Assembly (NCBI RefSeq): GCF_035084215.1
Contig: NC_090336.1
Coordinates: 29,202,001-29,266,000, forward strand
Reading direction: 5' to 3'
Length of the DNA stretch: 64,000 bases
Source: Heptranchias perlo
Taxonomy: Eukaryota
Shown here: positions 1-12,937 of the stretch, piece by piece
Layout of the letters: each line of letters starts with the position of its first letter
Numbering within the stretch: the stretch's first letter is position 1
Position numbers and translations under genes: made by a program
Notes under the pieces: generated by a model
Seen by the model: the letters and a program-made list of their open reading frames with translations, nothing else
What the model was told of the DNA's origin: nothing
Database searches by the model: none

Positions 1-1144
1 GCGCTGGACTGTAAAACTGGGATGGGTGCGAGAGGGTATGATTGGGGGGGGGGGGGGAGGGGAAGATCGGAGTGAGAGAGGGGAAGATTGGGGGGACATC
101 GGGGGAAGATCGAAGGGGGATCGGGAGGGTGAGATCATGGGGGGGGGAGATCGGGAGGGTGAGATCAGGGGGAGATCAGTGGATGATCAGGGGGAGATCG
201 GGAGGGTGAGATCGGGGGGAGATCAGGGGAAGATCGGGGGGAGAACGGGGGGAGAACGGGAGGGTGAGATCGGGGGGAGATCGGGGGGAGATTGGGGGGC
301 GATCGGGAGGGTGAGTTCGGGGGGAGATTGGGGGGAGATCAGGGGAAGATCGGGTGGAGAACGGGAAGGTGAGATCGGGGGAGATCGGGAGGGTGAGATC
401 GGGGGGAGATTGGGAGGGTGAGATCGGGGGGCGATCGGGGGGAGAACGGGAGGGTGAGATCGGGGGGACATTGTGGGGAGATCGGGGGGAGAATGGGAGG
501 GTGAGATCGGGGGGACATTGTGGGGAGATCGGGGGGAGAATGGGAGGGTGAGATTGGGTGGCGATCGGGAGGGTGAGATCGGGGGGAGAACGGGAGGGTG
601 AGATCGGGGGGGAGAACGGGAAGGTGAGATCGGGGGGAGATTGGGGGGAGAACTGGAAGGTGAGATCGGGGGGACATCGGGGGGAGAATGGGAGGGTGAG
701 ATCGGGGGGACATCGGAGCAGGAGACATTGGAGCAGGTTTCAAAGGTGCATTGAGTGTTTCTTTATTTGCATGTTCCTTTATTTAATTTATTTAATTTCT
801 TGTTCCCTGATCCGGCCCTTCGCTCCTGGTTTCACCAGGCATGAATCAGAAGTATGAGCAACCGCCCAGGTAAGTTAAAAATCTTTCTAATCACTTACTC
901 TGTCACAGGTAAATTGCCTTTAGTACCTCAATGAGGTACATTTGGCTCTTTAATTGTCATCCCGCCGGCTTTAATTGCCGGCAGGACTTCCGTTTTCGGG
1001 TAGCCCGTGTGCATACAGGTGGATCGCTGGGAAACTCGAAAGCCGGCGGGTTGGCGCCAGCTTCCGTACCCGAATGGGATTTGTGTGATTTTCAGAGCCC
1101 CCCCACCCTCAACACACCCGCATTTGCCTCCTAAAATCACCCCC
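1..1144. mobile_element. Non-autonomous Harbinger-type element (left end outside window) with expanded G-rich minisatellite
   Basis: Right end CTAAAATCACCCCC followed by AAA; homologous to the complete copy at 27161-28082. Confidence 0.7.
40..715. repeat. G-rich minisatellite (GGGAGGGTGAGATCGGGGGGAGA variants)
   Basis: Directly visible tandem units; explains the G/R/E- and P/S-rich spurious ORFs. Confidence 0.9.
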
Positions 1145-2015
1145 AAAGTGTCTGCAAAGGGATATTGACAAGTTAAGCAAATGGGCAAACATTTGGCAGA
1201 TGGAATATAATGTGGGAAAATGTGAAGTCATCCACTTTGGGAGGAAAAATAAAAAAGCAAAATATTATTTGAATGGAGAAATATTACAAAATGCTGCAGT
1301 ACAGAGGGATCTGGGTATCTTCATACATGAAACACAAAAAGTCAGCAGGTAATCCGGAAGGCAAACGGAATATTGGCCTTTATTTCTAGGGGGATGCAGT
1401 ATAAAAGCAGGGAAGTCATGCTACAACTGTACAGGGTGCTGGTGAGATCACACCTGGAGTACTGCGTACAGTTCTGGTGCCGTTATTTAAGGAAGGATAT
1501 ACTTGCATTGGAGGCAGTTCAGAGAAGGTTCACTAGGTTGATTCCCGGTATGGAAGGGTTGTCTTATGAGGAAAGTTTGAACAGGTTGGGTCAATACTCA
1601 AAGGAGTATAGAAGAATGAGAGGAGATCTTATTGAAACATATAAGATTCTGAGGGGACTCGATAGAGTAGATGCTGAGAGGATGTTACCCCTCTTGGGGG
1701 AATCTAAAACTAAGGGGCATAGTCTCAGAATGAGGGGTCGCCCATTTAAGACAGATATTAGGAGGAATTTCTTCTCCCAGAAGGTCATGAATCTTTGGAA
1801 TTCTTTACCCCAAAAAGCTGTGGAAGCTGAGTCATTGAATACATTCAAGGCTGAGTTAGACAAATTTTTGATCAGCAAGGGAGTCAAAGGATATGGGGAA
1901 AGGGCGGGGAAGTGGAGTTGTGGTAAAAATCAGATCAGCCATGATCTCATTAAATGGCGGAGCAGGCTCGAGGGGCCAAATGGCCCACTCCTGCTCCTAT
2001 CTCTTAAGGTCTTAT
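1145..2015 (+). mobile_element. CR1 LINE 3' part (RT C-terminus and 3' UTR)
   Basis: HLEYCVQFW...RRMRGDLIETYKIL motifs; duplicate of 28083-31005. Confidence 0.9.
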
Positions 2016-2205
2016 GGTTCACAGATCCACTGGTGAATTACTGAAAAGGGAAGAAGTCAGAGGGACAGCCCTCCCACTTACTGGAAACACAAGAGAAAGG
2101 ACAGAGCAATGCAGGGGCAGTAAGTCAGCCAGTTGGGCCTAGCAAGGACAAAGTCGCTCATCTCAAACACCGAGCCAGTCAGAATCAGAATCAGGAAACA
2201 TTATG

Positions 2206-2237
2206 CTATCCTGCTGATAGGGATACTTTGAAATTTT
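2206..2237 (-). CDS. Candidate terminal exon copy (E)NFKVSLSAG*
   Basis: Duplicate of 31197-31228 with acceptor and stop retained. Confidence 0.33.
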
Positions 2238-2519
2238 CTGTCAAAATATATTAGCCAGCACACAAACCAACCTGAATTCATACCAGTTGGATCCTGAATG
2301 TGTCAATTTTAAAAGTACGTCATTCTAGATCCCAGTTTAAGCACCTGGTAGTAGGGATTTTTGATACCTCTTTAATTAAACAATTGTATCAAATCTTTCT
2401 CTGCCCAAGTGTAATGAAGCAGATCCAAATGTCCAGTTATTGTGAATCTTCAAGTGAAAACTGTCATACTCATTATTAATAATTACTTTCCAACTTTTCA
2501 GTTATGTTTATATAGCAGA

Positions 2520-4610
2520 ACTGTATTCCACCACAATCTGTAACCTCATGGCCTGGCATATTCCTCACTCTACCATTACCATCAAGCCAGGGGATCAACC
2601 TGGGTTCAATGAGGAGTGTTGAAGAGCTTGCCAGGAGCAGCAGCAGGCATACCTAAAAATGAGGTGCCTGCCGGGTGAAGCTAGAACATAGGACTACATG
2701 TATGCTAAACAGCAGAAGCAGCATGCTATAGACAGAGCTAAGTGATCCCACAACCAACGGATCAGGTCAAAGCTCTGCAGTCCTGCCACATCCAATCATG
2801 AATGGTGGTGGACAATTAAACAACTAATGGGAGGAGGAGGCTCCGTGAAGATCCCCATCATTAATGATGGCAGAGCCCAGCACCTGATTGCAAAAGACAA
2901 GGCTGAAGTGTTTGCAACCATCTTCAGCCAGAAGTGCCGAGTGGATGATACATCTCTGCCTCCTCCCGATATCCCCACCATCACAGAAGCCAGTCTTCAG
3001 CCAATTCGATTCACTCCACCTGATATCAAGAAATGGCTGAGTGCACTGTATACATCAAAGGCTATAGGCCCCGACAACAGCCTGGCTGTAGTGTTGAAGA
3101 CTTGTGCTGCAGAACTAGGTGTGCCTCCAGCCAAGCTGTTCCAGTACAGCTACAACACTGGCATCTATGCGACAAAGTGGAAAATTGCCCAGGTGTGTCC
3201 TGTCCACAAAAAGCAGGACAAATCCAATCCGGCCAATTACTGCACCATCAGTCTACTCTCATTCATCAGCAAACTGATGAAAGGAGTCATCAACAGTGCT
3301 ATCAAGCGGCACTTACTCACCAATAACCTGCTCACTGGTGCTCAGTTTGGGTTCCGCCAGGACCACTTGGCACCAGACCTCATTACAGCCTTGGCCCAAA
3401 CATGGACAAAAGAGCTGAATTCCACAGGTGAGGTGAGAGTGACTGCCCTTGACACCAAGGCAGCGTTTGACTGAGTGTGGCATCAAGGAGCCCTAGTAAA
3501 ATTGAAGTCAATGGGAATCAGGGGAAAGTTCTCCATTGGCTGGAGTCATACTTAGCACAAAGGAAGATGGTAGTGGTTGTTGGAGGCCAACCATCTCAGC
3601 CTCAAAACATTGCTGCAGGAGTTCTTCAGGGCAGTGTCCTAGACACAACCATCTTCAGCTGCTTCATCAATGATCTTCACTCCACCATAAGGTCAGAAGT
3701 GGGGATGTTTGCTGATGATTGTACAGTGTTTAGTTCCATTCGCAACCTCTCAGATAATGAAGCAGTCTATGCCCGCATGCAGCAAGACTTGTACAACATT
3801 CAGATTTGGGCTGATAAGTGGCAAGTTTCATTTGCGCTGGACAAGTGCCAGGCAATGACCATCTCCGACAAAAGAGAATCTAACTACCCCCCCTTGACAT
3901 TCAATGGCATTATCATCGCTGAATCCCCCTCCATCAACATCCGGATGGTCACCAATGACCAGAAACTTAACTGGACCAGCCACATAAAAACTGTGGCTAC
4001 AAGAGCAGGTCAGAGGCTGGGTATTCTGCGGTGAGCGACTCACCTCCTGACTCCAATAGCCTTTCCACCATTTACAAGGCACAAGTCAGGAGTGATGGAA
4101 TACTCTCCACTTGCCTGGATGTATGCAGCTCCAACCACACTCAAGAAGCTTGACACCATCCAGGACAAAGCAGCCCGCTTGATTGGCACCCCATCCACCA
4201 CCTTAAACATTCACTCTCTCCACCACCGGCGCACCGTGTCTGCAGTGTGTACCATCTACAAGATGCACTGCAGCAACTCGCTGAGGCTTCTTCGACAGCA
4301 CCTTCTAAACCCGTGACCTCTACCGCCTAGAAAGACTAAAGCAGCAGGCGCATGGGAACACCACCACCTGCACGTTCCCCTCCAAGTCACACACCATTCT
4401 GATTTGGAATTTTATCGCCATTCCTTCGTCGTCGCTGGGTTAAAATCCTGGAACTCCCTGCCTAACAGCACTGTGGGAGAACCTGCACCACACGGACTGC
4501 AACGGTTCAAGACGACGGCTCACCACCACTTTCTCAAGGGCAATTAGGGATGGACAATAAATGCTGTCCTTGGCAGCGATGCCCACATCCCATGAATTAA
4601 TATAAAAAAA
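2520..4610 (+). mobile_element. Degenerate CR1/L2-group LINE (RT)
   Basis: ORFs with GPD, KKQDKSNPANY, QFGFR, QGSVL, FADD; duplicate at 31490-33485. Confidence 0.85.
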
Positions 4611-5149
4611 GAAATTCCCTGCCAGTGGCAATATAACCTTTATGTTCTAATTCTCTCCTATGCATTTTTGTTCAGACTTAAAAAACAAACTTTATAATAG
4701 TAACATTCCGTGGACTATTAGATTGAGGACGATTTTTTTCTCAATTGTTGCTATCTCACTTTCTCCCATGCTACATTCAAGTTGTGCTTAAATTGGCTTC
4801 TATTGTTTTTAACTGGGTTATTAATAAGCTGATGGACCACTGTTTGAGCCTCTTCAAGTGAGTGATTTGAAGTTTCTCACTTGGTGGCAGCTTTGTAATA
4901 ATATTGGCTTCAGCACGTCAGATTAGTGAACTGTAGATTCAGTTGTAGTTCAGCCATATGGCGATCGTGGGGTTTGCTGTGTAGATTGATACAGAGTGCA
5001 GGAAGTCCTGGCAGCTCTTTGTTTTATATTCTAAGAAGACTTGAAATAATTTGGTGCTCAACTGCATATTATGCAATGACTAAGGGAGTGTATTCACCAT
5101 TATTATCAATTAGCTGGAACCTGTCACATAGGCCCACCTACAGGACTTT

Positions 5150-5480
5150 CAGTTGGCTCAGTGGGTAGCATGCTTGCTTTTAAGTCAAAAGATTGAGGGT
5201 TTAAGCTCCATTCCAGGACTTGAGCACATAATCCAGGTGTCACTTCAATGCTGTACTGTGGGAGTACTGCATAGCTGAAGGTGCCATCTTTAAGATCCTG
5301 TATTAAACTAAGGTCCCATCTGTCTGCTTCGGTGGATGTAAAAGATCCCATGACATGATTCCAAGAAGAGCAACATGCTTTCTGGTTATTTTGAACAATA
5401 TTTCCTCCTCAATCAATGTCACCAAAAAACCACAGAAGAAACTAACATTCTTTTTATTCGCTGTTTAGAGGATCTTGCTG
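5150..5480 (+). mobile_element. tRNA-derived DeuSINE-like SINE
   Basis: A-box TGGCTCAGTGG, degenerate B-box, Deu-domain-like GTAAAAGATCCCATG...GAAGAGCA. Confidence 0.6.
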
Positions 5481-5565
5481 TGCATAACTCTATAAGAGTC
5501 TCCTTTCCATCGGCATCTCAGTCACTGCCCTGGAATCTCTATTGTGACACTGAATCCACTTTTCA

Positions 5566-5852
5566 TAAGAACATAAGAACATAAGAAATAGGAGCAGGAG
5601 TAGGCCAATCGGCCCCTCGAGCCTGCTCCGCCATTCAATAAGATCATGGCTGATCTGATCCTAATCTCAAATCTAAATTCATGTCCAATTTCCTGCCCGC
5701 TCCCCGTAACCCCTAATTCCCTTTACTTCTAGAAAACTGTCTATTTCTGTTTTAAATTTATTTAATGATGTAGCTTCCACAGCTTCCTGTGGCAGCAAAT
5801 TCCACAGACCCACCACCCTCTGAGTGAAGAAGTTTCTCCTCATCTCAGTTTT
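5566..5852 (-). mobile_element. CR1 3' end with (TAAGAACA)n tail, same subfamily as the 21.6-25.7 kb element
   Basis: KTEMRRNFFTQRVVGLWN motif and tail repeats. Confidence 0.88.
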
Positions 5853-6023
5853 CAATCTTTGAATCTGGGGCATAAAAAATTTGGAATGTCCCTCTCCCAT
5901 TGAAATCCAACCTGAAATTATCTGTATGCCCACTGTTATAGATTATATGACTGAGTGTGTTTAGAGTGCATTGATAAGAATGCAAATCATGCAGATGACG
6001 TAATTTTGTGGTTCATGAATTAC

Positions 6024-6101
6024 CTCTTTCAGGTTGAGGAATGATGTTCTCAAGAAATTCCCTGCCAGTGACATCTTCACATTCCTTTGGTTTTGTTTGT
6101 C
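6024..6101 (-). CDS. Paralogous 78-nt cytoplasmic exon GQTKPKECEDVTGREFLENIIPQPER
   Basis: Homologous to 37441-37518 with the same splice sites and an open phase 1-1 frame. Confidence 0.6.
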
Positions 6102-6469
6102 CTTAAACAACAATGCAGTCAAAATATATTAGCCAGGGCACAAACTAACCTGAATTCATAGCAGTTGCATCCTGAATGTGATAATATTAAGAAGTACATG
6201 ATTCGAGATCCCAGTTTAAGCTCCTTGAAGTCAAGATTTTTGATACCTCTTTACTGAAGCAAATGTATTAAATTTTTTACTATCCAAATGTAATGAAGCA
6301 GAACCAAATGACTGGTTATTGTGAATCTTCAAATGAAAACTCTCATAATCATGAGTAATAATTACTCTCCAGTTAGGGTAGTTTCTTCAAACTGGAATAG
6401 GAACATGTGATGTAAGGGATAATAGGGCAGCTCCAATAATAGAATATGGATATGGTCGCACAGCGGTTC

Positions 6470-6690
6470 TGTTAGTGGACTAATATTGCAGAGAATATGA
6501 GTTCAAGTCCTACCATGGCCGTTTGTGAAATTTGGAAATAACAGTGACCACGAAACTGTTGGTATGCTATAAAAACCCAACTGATTAACTAATATCCTTT
6601 AGGAAAAGAAATCTGCTATCTTTACGGGATCTGGTCTATATGTGATTGAGTCTTAACTACTCTCTGACGTGGCCAATAATTTACTGAGTA
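6470..6690 (+). mobile_element. Degenerate tRNA-derived SINE (related copy 43055-43270)
   Basis: GAGTTCAAGTCC B-box; shared AAAAACCCAACTG..TAAT.TCCTT.AGG core. Confidence 0.5.
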
Positions 6691-6805
6691 ACACTGATGG
6701 GAAGTAATATTTCCAGATATCTTTATGTTGGTGCCATGTTTCCCAGCTAAATGTTTTCACCATCATGTGCAGGGGTTTGCATGAAGTACAAAATGTAAAA
6801 TCTAC

Positions 6806-7228
6806 CTGCTGTAACGCTCAGTACTGCACTTTTAGTTAAAGGTTCCTCAGGTGTGTCCTGTGTAACTTCGATGATTAACTCAGCACCATCATGCTTGGAT
6901 ATGTCAGGATACAGGGTAACGCCGCAGAATATGGTGAAAGTCCCTTCAGTACGTTGTAATTCTGGCACCTCAGCACTGAAGGAATCATCTTTGTTGCAGC
7001 AACTGGATACATTTGTGAGGGGAAGAGATACTTTCGTTGGTCCTGACAATTTCTCTGCTGGTATTTGCCAGTGAAATAACTTCTTTGCTTCCTGCTCCCC
7101 TTTCCTCTTGAAGGATGTAACAATGTTCACCACCTTTGGATTGTGCAAAGTAACTTCCCAGCTCAGATCGGTTTCCTCGCCATCTTTGATTTTATTTGGC
7201 ATTTTGATATCACTAATTTTAGGAGGAA
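6806..7228 (-). CDS. Ig-like (C1-derived) domain exon, 423 nt, lacking canonical B/F-strand cysteines
   Basis: Strong acceptor tttttcttttgtag|TT and CAG|gtagat donor, phase 1-1, open; VPPKISDI...GEETDLSWEV...EGTFTIFCGVTLYPDISKHDGAELIIEVTQDTPEEPLTKSAVLSV follows the C1 strand pattern. Confidence 0.75.
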
Positions 7229-7304
7229 CTACAAAAGAAAAAACAATAATGTGAAATAAACTTTATATTCCAATTCTCCCCGATGCATTCTTTTTCCTCT
7301 CCAG

Positions 7305-8990
7305 CCAGAGGAAAGCAGCCTCTCAGCATCTACCCTGTCAAGCCCTCTCAGAATCTTATATCTTTCAATGAGATCACCTCTCATTCTTCTAAACTCCAGA
7401 AAGTATAGGCCCATTCTACTCAATCTCTCCTCATAGGACAATCCTCTCATCCCAGGAATCAATCTGGTGAACTTTGTTGCACCGCCTCTAAGGCAACGAT
7501 ATTGTTCCTTAGATAAGGAGGCCAAAACTGTACATAGTACTCCAGGTGTGGTCTCACTAAAGCCCTATACAATTGTAGCAGGACTTCCTTACTCTTGTAC
7601 TCTAACCCTCTTGCAATAAAGGCCAACATACCATTTGCCTTCCTAATTGCCTGCTGTAACTGCATGTTAACTTTCTGTGTTACGAGGACACCCAAATTTT
7701 TCTGAACACCACCATTTAATAGTTTCCCACCATTTAAAAAATATTCTGTTCTTCTATTCTTCCTACCAAAGTGAATAATCTCACATTTCCCCAAATTATA
7801 CTCCATCTGCCACCTTCGTGCCCATTTACTTAACCTTTCTATATCTCTTTGCACACTATTTGTGTCCTCCTCACATCGTAATTTCCCACCTAGCTTTGTA
7901 CTGTTAGCAAACTTGGTTACTTTACACTCGATCCCTTCATCCATGTCATTAATATAGATTGTAAATAGCTGAGGCCCAAGTACTGATCCTTGCGGCACCC
8001 CACTAGTTACAGCCTGCCAATGTGAAAATGACCCGTTTATTCCTACTCTCTGTTTTCTGTCCATTTACCAATCCTCTATCCATGCTAATATGTTACCCCC
8101 AACCCCATGAGCCCTCATCTTGTGTAATAAACTTTTGTGTGGCACCTTATCGAATGCCTTTTGAAAATCCAAATATACCACATCCACTGGTTCCCCTTTC
8201 TCTACCCTGATAGTTACATCCTCAAAAAACTCTAATAGATTTGTCAAGCTCGATTTCCCTTTCATAATACCATGCTGACTCTGCCTAATCACATTATGAT
8301 TTTCTAAGTGCCCTATTACCACTTCCTTAATAATGGATTCCAGAATATTCCTGGTGGCCGATATCAGGCTAACTGGCCTGTACTTCCCTGTTTTCCCTCT
8401 CCCTCCTTACTTGAGTAGCAGTATTCCATTTGCTACCTTTCAATCCACTGGGGCCGTTCTAGAATCTAGGCAATTCTGGAAGATCACAACCAAAGCATCC
8501 ACTATCTCTGCTGCCACCTCTTTTAGAACCCTAAGGTGTAGCCCATCTGGTCAAGGGGATTTGTCAACTTTTAGTCCTATTAATTTCTTTAGTTCTTTTT
8601 CTTTACTAATATTAATTACTTTAAGTTACTCACTCTCATTAGCTCCTCAGTTCTCCACTATTACTGGTATGTATTTTGTGTCTTCGACTGTGAAGACAGA
8701 TACAAATTATTTGTTTAACATCTCTGCCATTTCCTTATTCTCCATTATATTTTCACCTGTCTCAGCCTCTAAGGGAGCCATGTTTACTTTTGCTACTCTC
8801 TTCATTTTTACATACTTGTAGAAGCTTTTACAATCTGTTTTTATATTTCTTGCTGGCTTACTCTCGTTCTATTTTTCCCTTTTTAACAATTTTTTGGTCA
8901 TCCTTTGCTGGTTTCTAAAACTCTCCCAATCCTTAGGCTTACTGCTCTTCTTGGCAACATTATAAGCCTCTTCTTTTAATCTAATACGAT
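7305..8990 (-). mobile_element. CR1 ORF2 fragment
   Basis: [21 protein letters not shown] motifs with stops. Confidence 0.9.
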
Positions 8991-10085
8991 CAGAATAGAA
9001 AGAGCATTGGAAATAGTGCAAACCCTGTATGAAAGGCAACAGAAATGTCACAGATATGAATGATATCATTCACTGAGTACCATCTAATTTATTTCAGAAC
9101 AATTTATATCAGAAAACTGAAAACATTTAAATTTGGAACAGGATATTCGATTCCATCTGATATCTGCATTTGTAAAATGAATTAACTAAAATTTCCAGAA
9201 TTTTATTGAAGAAAAGCACTGTCCAATCATCTGGATAACTTGGACGTACTGTTTTCTGCTTTCAAAGTTTTTTTATGCAAAAACAACAGACATAGAATTG
9301 GAGATCACAAAATGTCTTTGCAGCCTCCTCTTTTTCACATTTTTATGTTTATTGAATATTGGGAAACAATTTCCCTGCTTTAAAATGTTGTGGTGCAAAC
9401 CAGTCATTCTGACTTGGCGTTTGCTGAAAATTCTCTCAATTAGAAGTTTTAAAACAGTGCTCCGATCTGAGGCCTGCACAGTCTTGGGGCCACAAATGAC
9501 ACAAATTGATTTTTGGTCACTAAAATTATATACAATTGATAAAATATATATATAAATTAACTTGTAAAAATTTAACATGTTTGAAATAAGCAACAATACA
9601 GTTGCCACGGTTCAAATTACAATTAAAATCATGCGATACTGCTCTAGTAAAATATAAAACATCTAATATCTACACACATTTCTTGTCAACTTTTTGATAT
9701 TATAAATTCCGAATGTTCACATTTATAATGTAAACTTGTCTTGCTATAATTACACCCTTCCCCCCCCAGTTATCATCTGCATTTGTTCCCTTAGTACTGC
9801 ATTGAGGAGGTTTTCTGCAGGGCTGCTCCATCAAAGGGAAAGCAGTGGGGCAGACCCCAAATCCATTTGATTATGTAGTTCAGACCATGTCCCAAATGCA
9901 AATTACAGGGGTGATCTACACGGGTGCCGCCCACCTGAGACTGCAAGGATGCTTGAGCGACGTCCGTTGGAACATCAGCCCCGAATATGATGATACCTGT
10001 GACAATGCATCTTTGCATCAATACTGCACTGGGGTGTCAGTCAAGATATATGATCAAGTCATGGAATGAGACTTCAACCCAATAC

Positions 10086-10151
10086 CTTCTGGGTTACTTT
10101 GGGTTGCCTTATATCCCCCACCTGCTTCTCTTGTGTCCTCTGGCTTTGACA
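10086..10151 (-). CDS. Candidate shortened exon B' (66 nt) VSKPEDTREAGGGYKATQSNPE; copy at 13986-14051
   Basis: Same acceptor as exon B; a deletion juxtaposes an AAG|gtattg donor in phase 1. Confidence 0.3.
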
Positions 10152-10659
10152 CTGCGCTCAAACAAATACTTCAAAGGCTTTCTGAGACAAGAAACCTCAA
10201 CCCATTCAAACAATCTAAAGTTTAGCTCCTGTAGTCCTGCTGCATCAGAGGGAAAGCAGAGGAGCGGACCCCAAATCAACCTGAACAGACAATTCCAGAC
10301 CCTGTTCCAAATGCCAGGGACAGGGGTTATCTGTATGGATGGGGCAGGCCACTGGAGGCTGCAAGAGTGCATGAGAGACACCCGCCCCGACATCGGCTCT
10401 GAACATTGTCGTGGCACCATGTCACTCCAAGGATAATAGAGGGAGGGCAGGAAGGACCCAATGAACGGGGCCATTTTTTTCATTTTTGGCTCTCAGTGTA
10501 TTAAGGGATACAATTTTAAAAGGGAATCATTCGCCTTTGGCATCAATTAGCTTTATCTAACTCTAACACTTTCCTAAATGTCTCACTTAAATAAAAGATG
10601 CCATTTTTTCCTTCGGTCTAATACTTTTCCCAACATATTATCTTCTTTATTAATCCTAC

Positions 10660-10773
10660 CTTCAGTTCTTTGCTTATTGATCCTTTGAAGTACACCTTCT
10701 TTGTATTGATCATCTGCACCTTGCTCTGTATTCCCAGTATTGTTTAGTTCTATTGTGGAGATTTTCTGTGATT
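10660..10773 (-). CDS. Candidate repeat exon A' (114 nt)
   Basis: Tandem copy of 14560-14673. Confidence 0.42.
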
Positions 10774-11139
10774 CTACATGAGTAGAATAAAACACTATAA
10801 ACAGTATAAACCCCAGAGTGTAGAGGAACAGAAACAGCAGTGATAATGCCATTGGCCAATATTTAAAGAATAAACAGGTATTCAGTTGAGCACGATGCAA
10901 CTTTAACAAAGGAGAAGTGTCATTATTTTGAAGATGGCATCGCATTAAAGACCCTTAAAATAATGCAGAATTGTTTCTCAGTGAGAACACTAACTGCTCG
11001 TAGGCTTTTCTCGCTTCCCTGAATTTACCTCAGTCAACGAGCTTCAAATAATTGCACAACTTGGTTATTCAAGTGCTCCAGTCATTTTCCACACGATACT
11101 TTATTCTGATCCAATCATTGTGCACATACTGTACTTTTA

Positions 11140-11850
11140 TGTAAGGTACATAGATCATTGAAGTGTCATGAACAGGTGCAGAAAATAATCAAGAAGGCAA
11201 ATGGAATGCTGGCCTTTATATCTAGAGGAGTGTAGTACGAGGGGGCAGATGTTATGCTACAGTTATACAAAACCCTGGTTAGACCGCGCCTGGAGTACTG
11301 AGAGCAGTTCTGGGCACCGCACCTTCAGAAGGACATATTGGCCTTGGAGGGAGAGCAGCGTAGGTTTACTCGAATGATATCCGGACTTCAAGGGTTAAGT
11401 TACGAGGAGAGATTACACAAATTGGGGTTGTATTCTCGAGAGTTTCGAAGGTTAAGGGGTGATCTGATCGAAGTTTATAAGATATTAAGGGGAACAGATA
11501 GGGTGGATAGAGAGAAACTATTTCCGCTGGTTGGGGATTCTAGGAGTAGGGGGCACAGTCTAAAAATTAGAGCCAGACCTTTCAGGAGTGAGATTAGAAA
11601 ACATTTCTACACACAAAGGGTTGTAGAAGTTTGGAACTCTCTTCCGCAAACGGCAAATGATACTAGCTCAATTGCTAAATTTAAATCTGAGATAGATAGC
11701 TTTTTGGCAGCCAAAGGTATTAAGGGATATGGGCCAAAGGCAGGTATATGGAGTTAGATCACAGATCAGCCATGATCTTATCAAATGGCGGAGCAGACAC
11801 GAGGGGCTGAATGGCCTACTCCTGTTCCTATGTTCCAATGTTCCTATGAT
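11140..11850 (+). mobile_element. CR1 3' fragment (copy at 15040-15750)
   Basis: RRLRGDLIEVYKIL motif, TGTTCCTA-type tail. Confidence 0.88.
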
Positions 11851-12172
11851 ACATCAGTGCAGTTGCCAGAAGAAAATTTCATCAATTCTGAATTTGAGAA
11901 AAAAGAGATTCCTCTCATCTGAATACGATGGCTCCTGTAACAATGCATCTTTCCATCAATAATGTACTGGGGTGTCAGTCGAGATATATGCAGAAGTACA
12001 GAACAGGACTTCAACACACTATCTTCTGACTCAGGGGCAAGAGTGTTGAATGAAGCAACTAATATTTCCAGGAATTTTGGAGGTCACACTGTGCAGACTT
12101 CACTTCCTGGATGACAAACAATTATTTTTTTCACTTTCAACATTAGCTAAGGTGTTTCACCAAGTTTATTAC

Positions 12173-12286
12173 CTCCACCATCCTTTACATTTGTCTTTTG
12201 TTGTTCCTCAGTGCTTTGTGGATCAGGGTCAGTTTGTGCTGCCTTTTCTCCATCATCTGTTCCTCTTGTGTCCTCTGGCTTTGACA
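12173..12286 (-). CDS. Candidate repeat exon B (114 nt)
   Basis: Tandem copy of 16073-16186. Confidence 0.5.
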
Positions 12287-12856
12287 CTGCGCTCAAACAA
12301 AGGAAACAACTTTCAGCTTTAATATTTCAAAGGCTTTGAGACAAGAAACCTCAACCCATTCAGACAATCTGAATTTTAGCTCCTGAAGTCCTGTTGCATT
12401 GCTGCACCAGTGGGAAAGCAGAGGAGCGGACACTATATTCGCCTGAACAGACAATTTCAGACCCTGTCCCAGAGGCCAGGGTCAGGGGTCATCTGCATGG
12501 ATGGGGGAGGGCACTGAAGGCTGCAAGGGTGCATAAGCGATACCCGCCCCGACATTGGCTCTGAACATTGGAGTGGCAACATGTCACTCCAAGGATACTA
12601 GAGGGAGCGCAGGAAGGACCCAATGAACTGGGGCATTTTTTTCATCTTTGGCTGTCAGTGTATTAAGGGATACAATTTTAAACGGGAATCATTCGCCTTT
12701 GGGATCAATTAGCTTTATCTAACTGTAACACTTACCGACATGTCTCACTTAAATAAGTGATGACATTGTTTCCTTTGGTCTAATACTTTTCCCAACACAT
12801 TATTTTCTTTATTAATCCCACCTTCTGTTTTTGAAATTTGATCCTTTCCGACTCAC

Positions 12857-12937
12857 CTCCTTGTTTCCCGTGATCATCTGCACCTTGCTCTGTATTCCCA
12901 GTATTGTATTGTTCTATTGGGGAGGTTTTCTGTGTTT
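12857..12937 (-). CDS. Candidate repeat exon A (81 nt)
   Basis: Tandem copy of 16757-16837 with consensus GAG|gtgagt donor. Confidence 0.47.

Noticed and set aside
26-857. G/R/E-rich and P/S-rich ORFs
   Set aside because: Translations of a minisatellite.
2045-2255. Open plus-strand frame next to the CR1 tail
   Set aside because: The duplicate at 31.1 kb has a 1-nt deletion breaking the frame.
10583-10945. Repeated ORF with a signal-peptide/TM-like stretch (MALSLLFLFLYTLGFILFIVFYSTHVES) as a secreted micropeptide family
   Set aside because: The hydrophobic part coincides with the T-rich region before the exon A acceptor. The internal ATG is ATA or ACA in other copies, and the most diverged copy (19.7 kb) has an in-frame TGA. 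Not fully excluded without transcripts.
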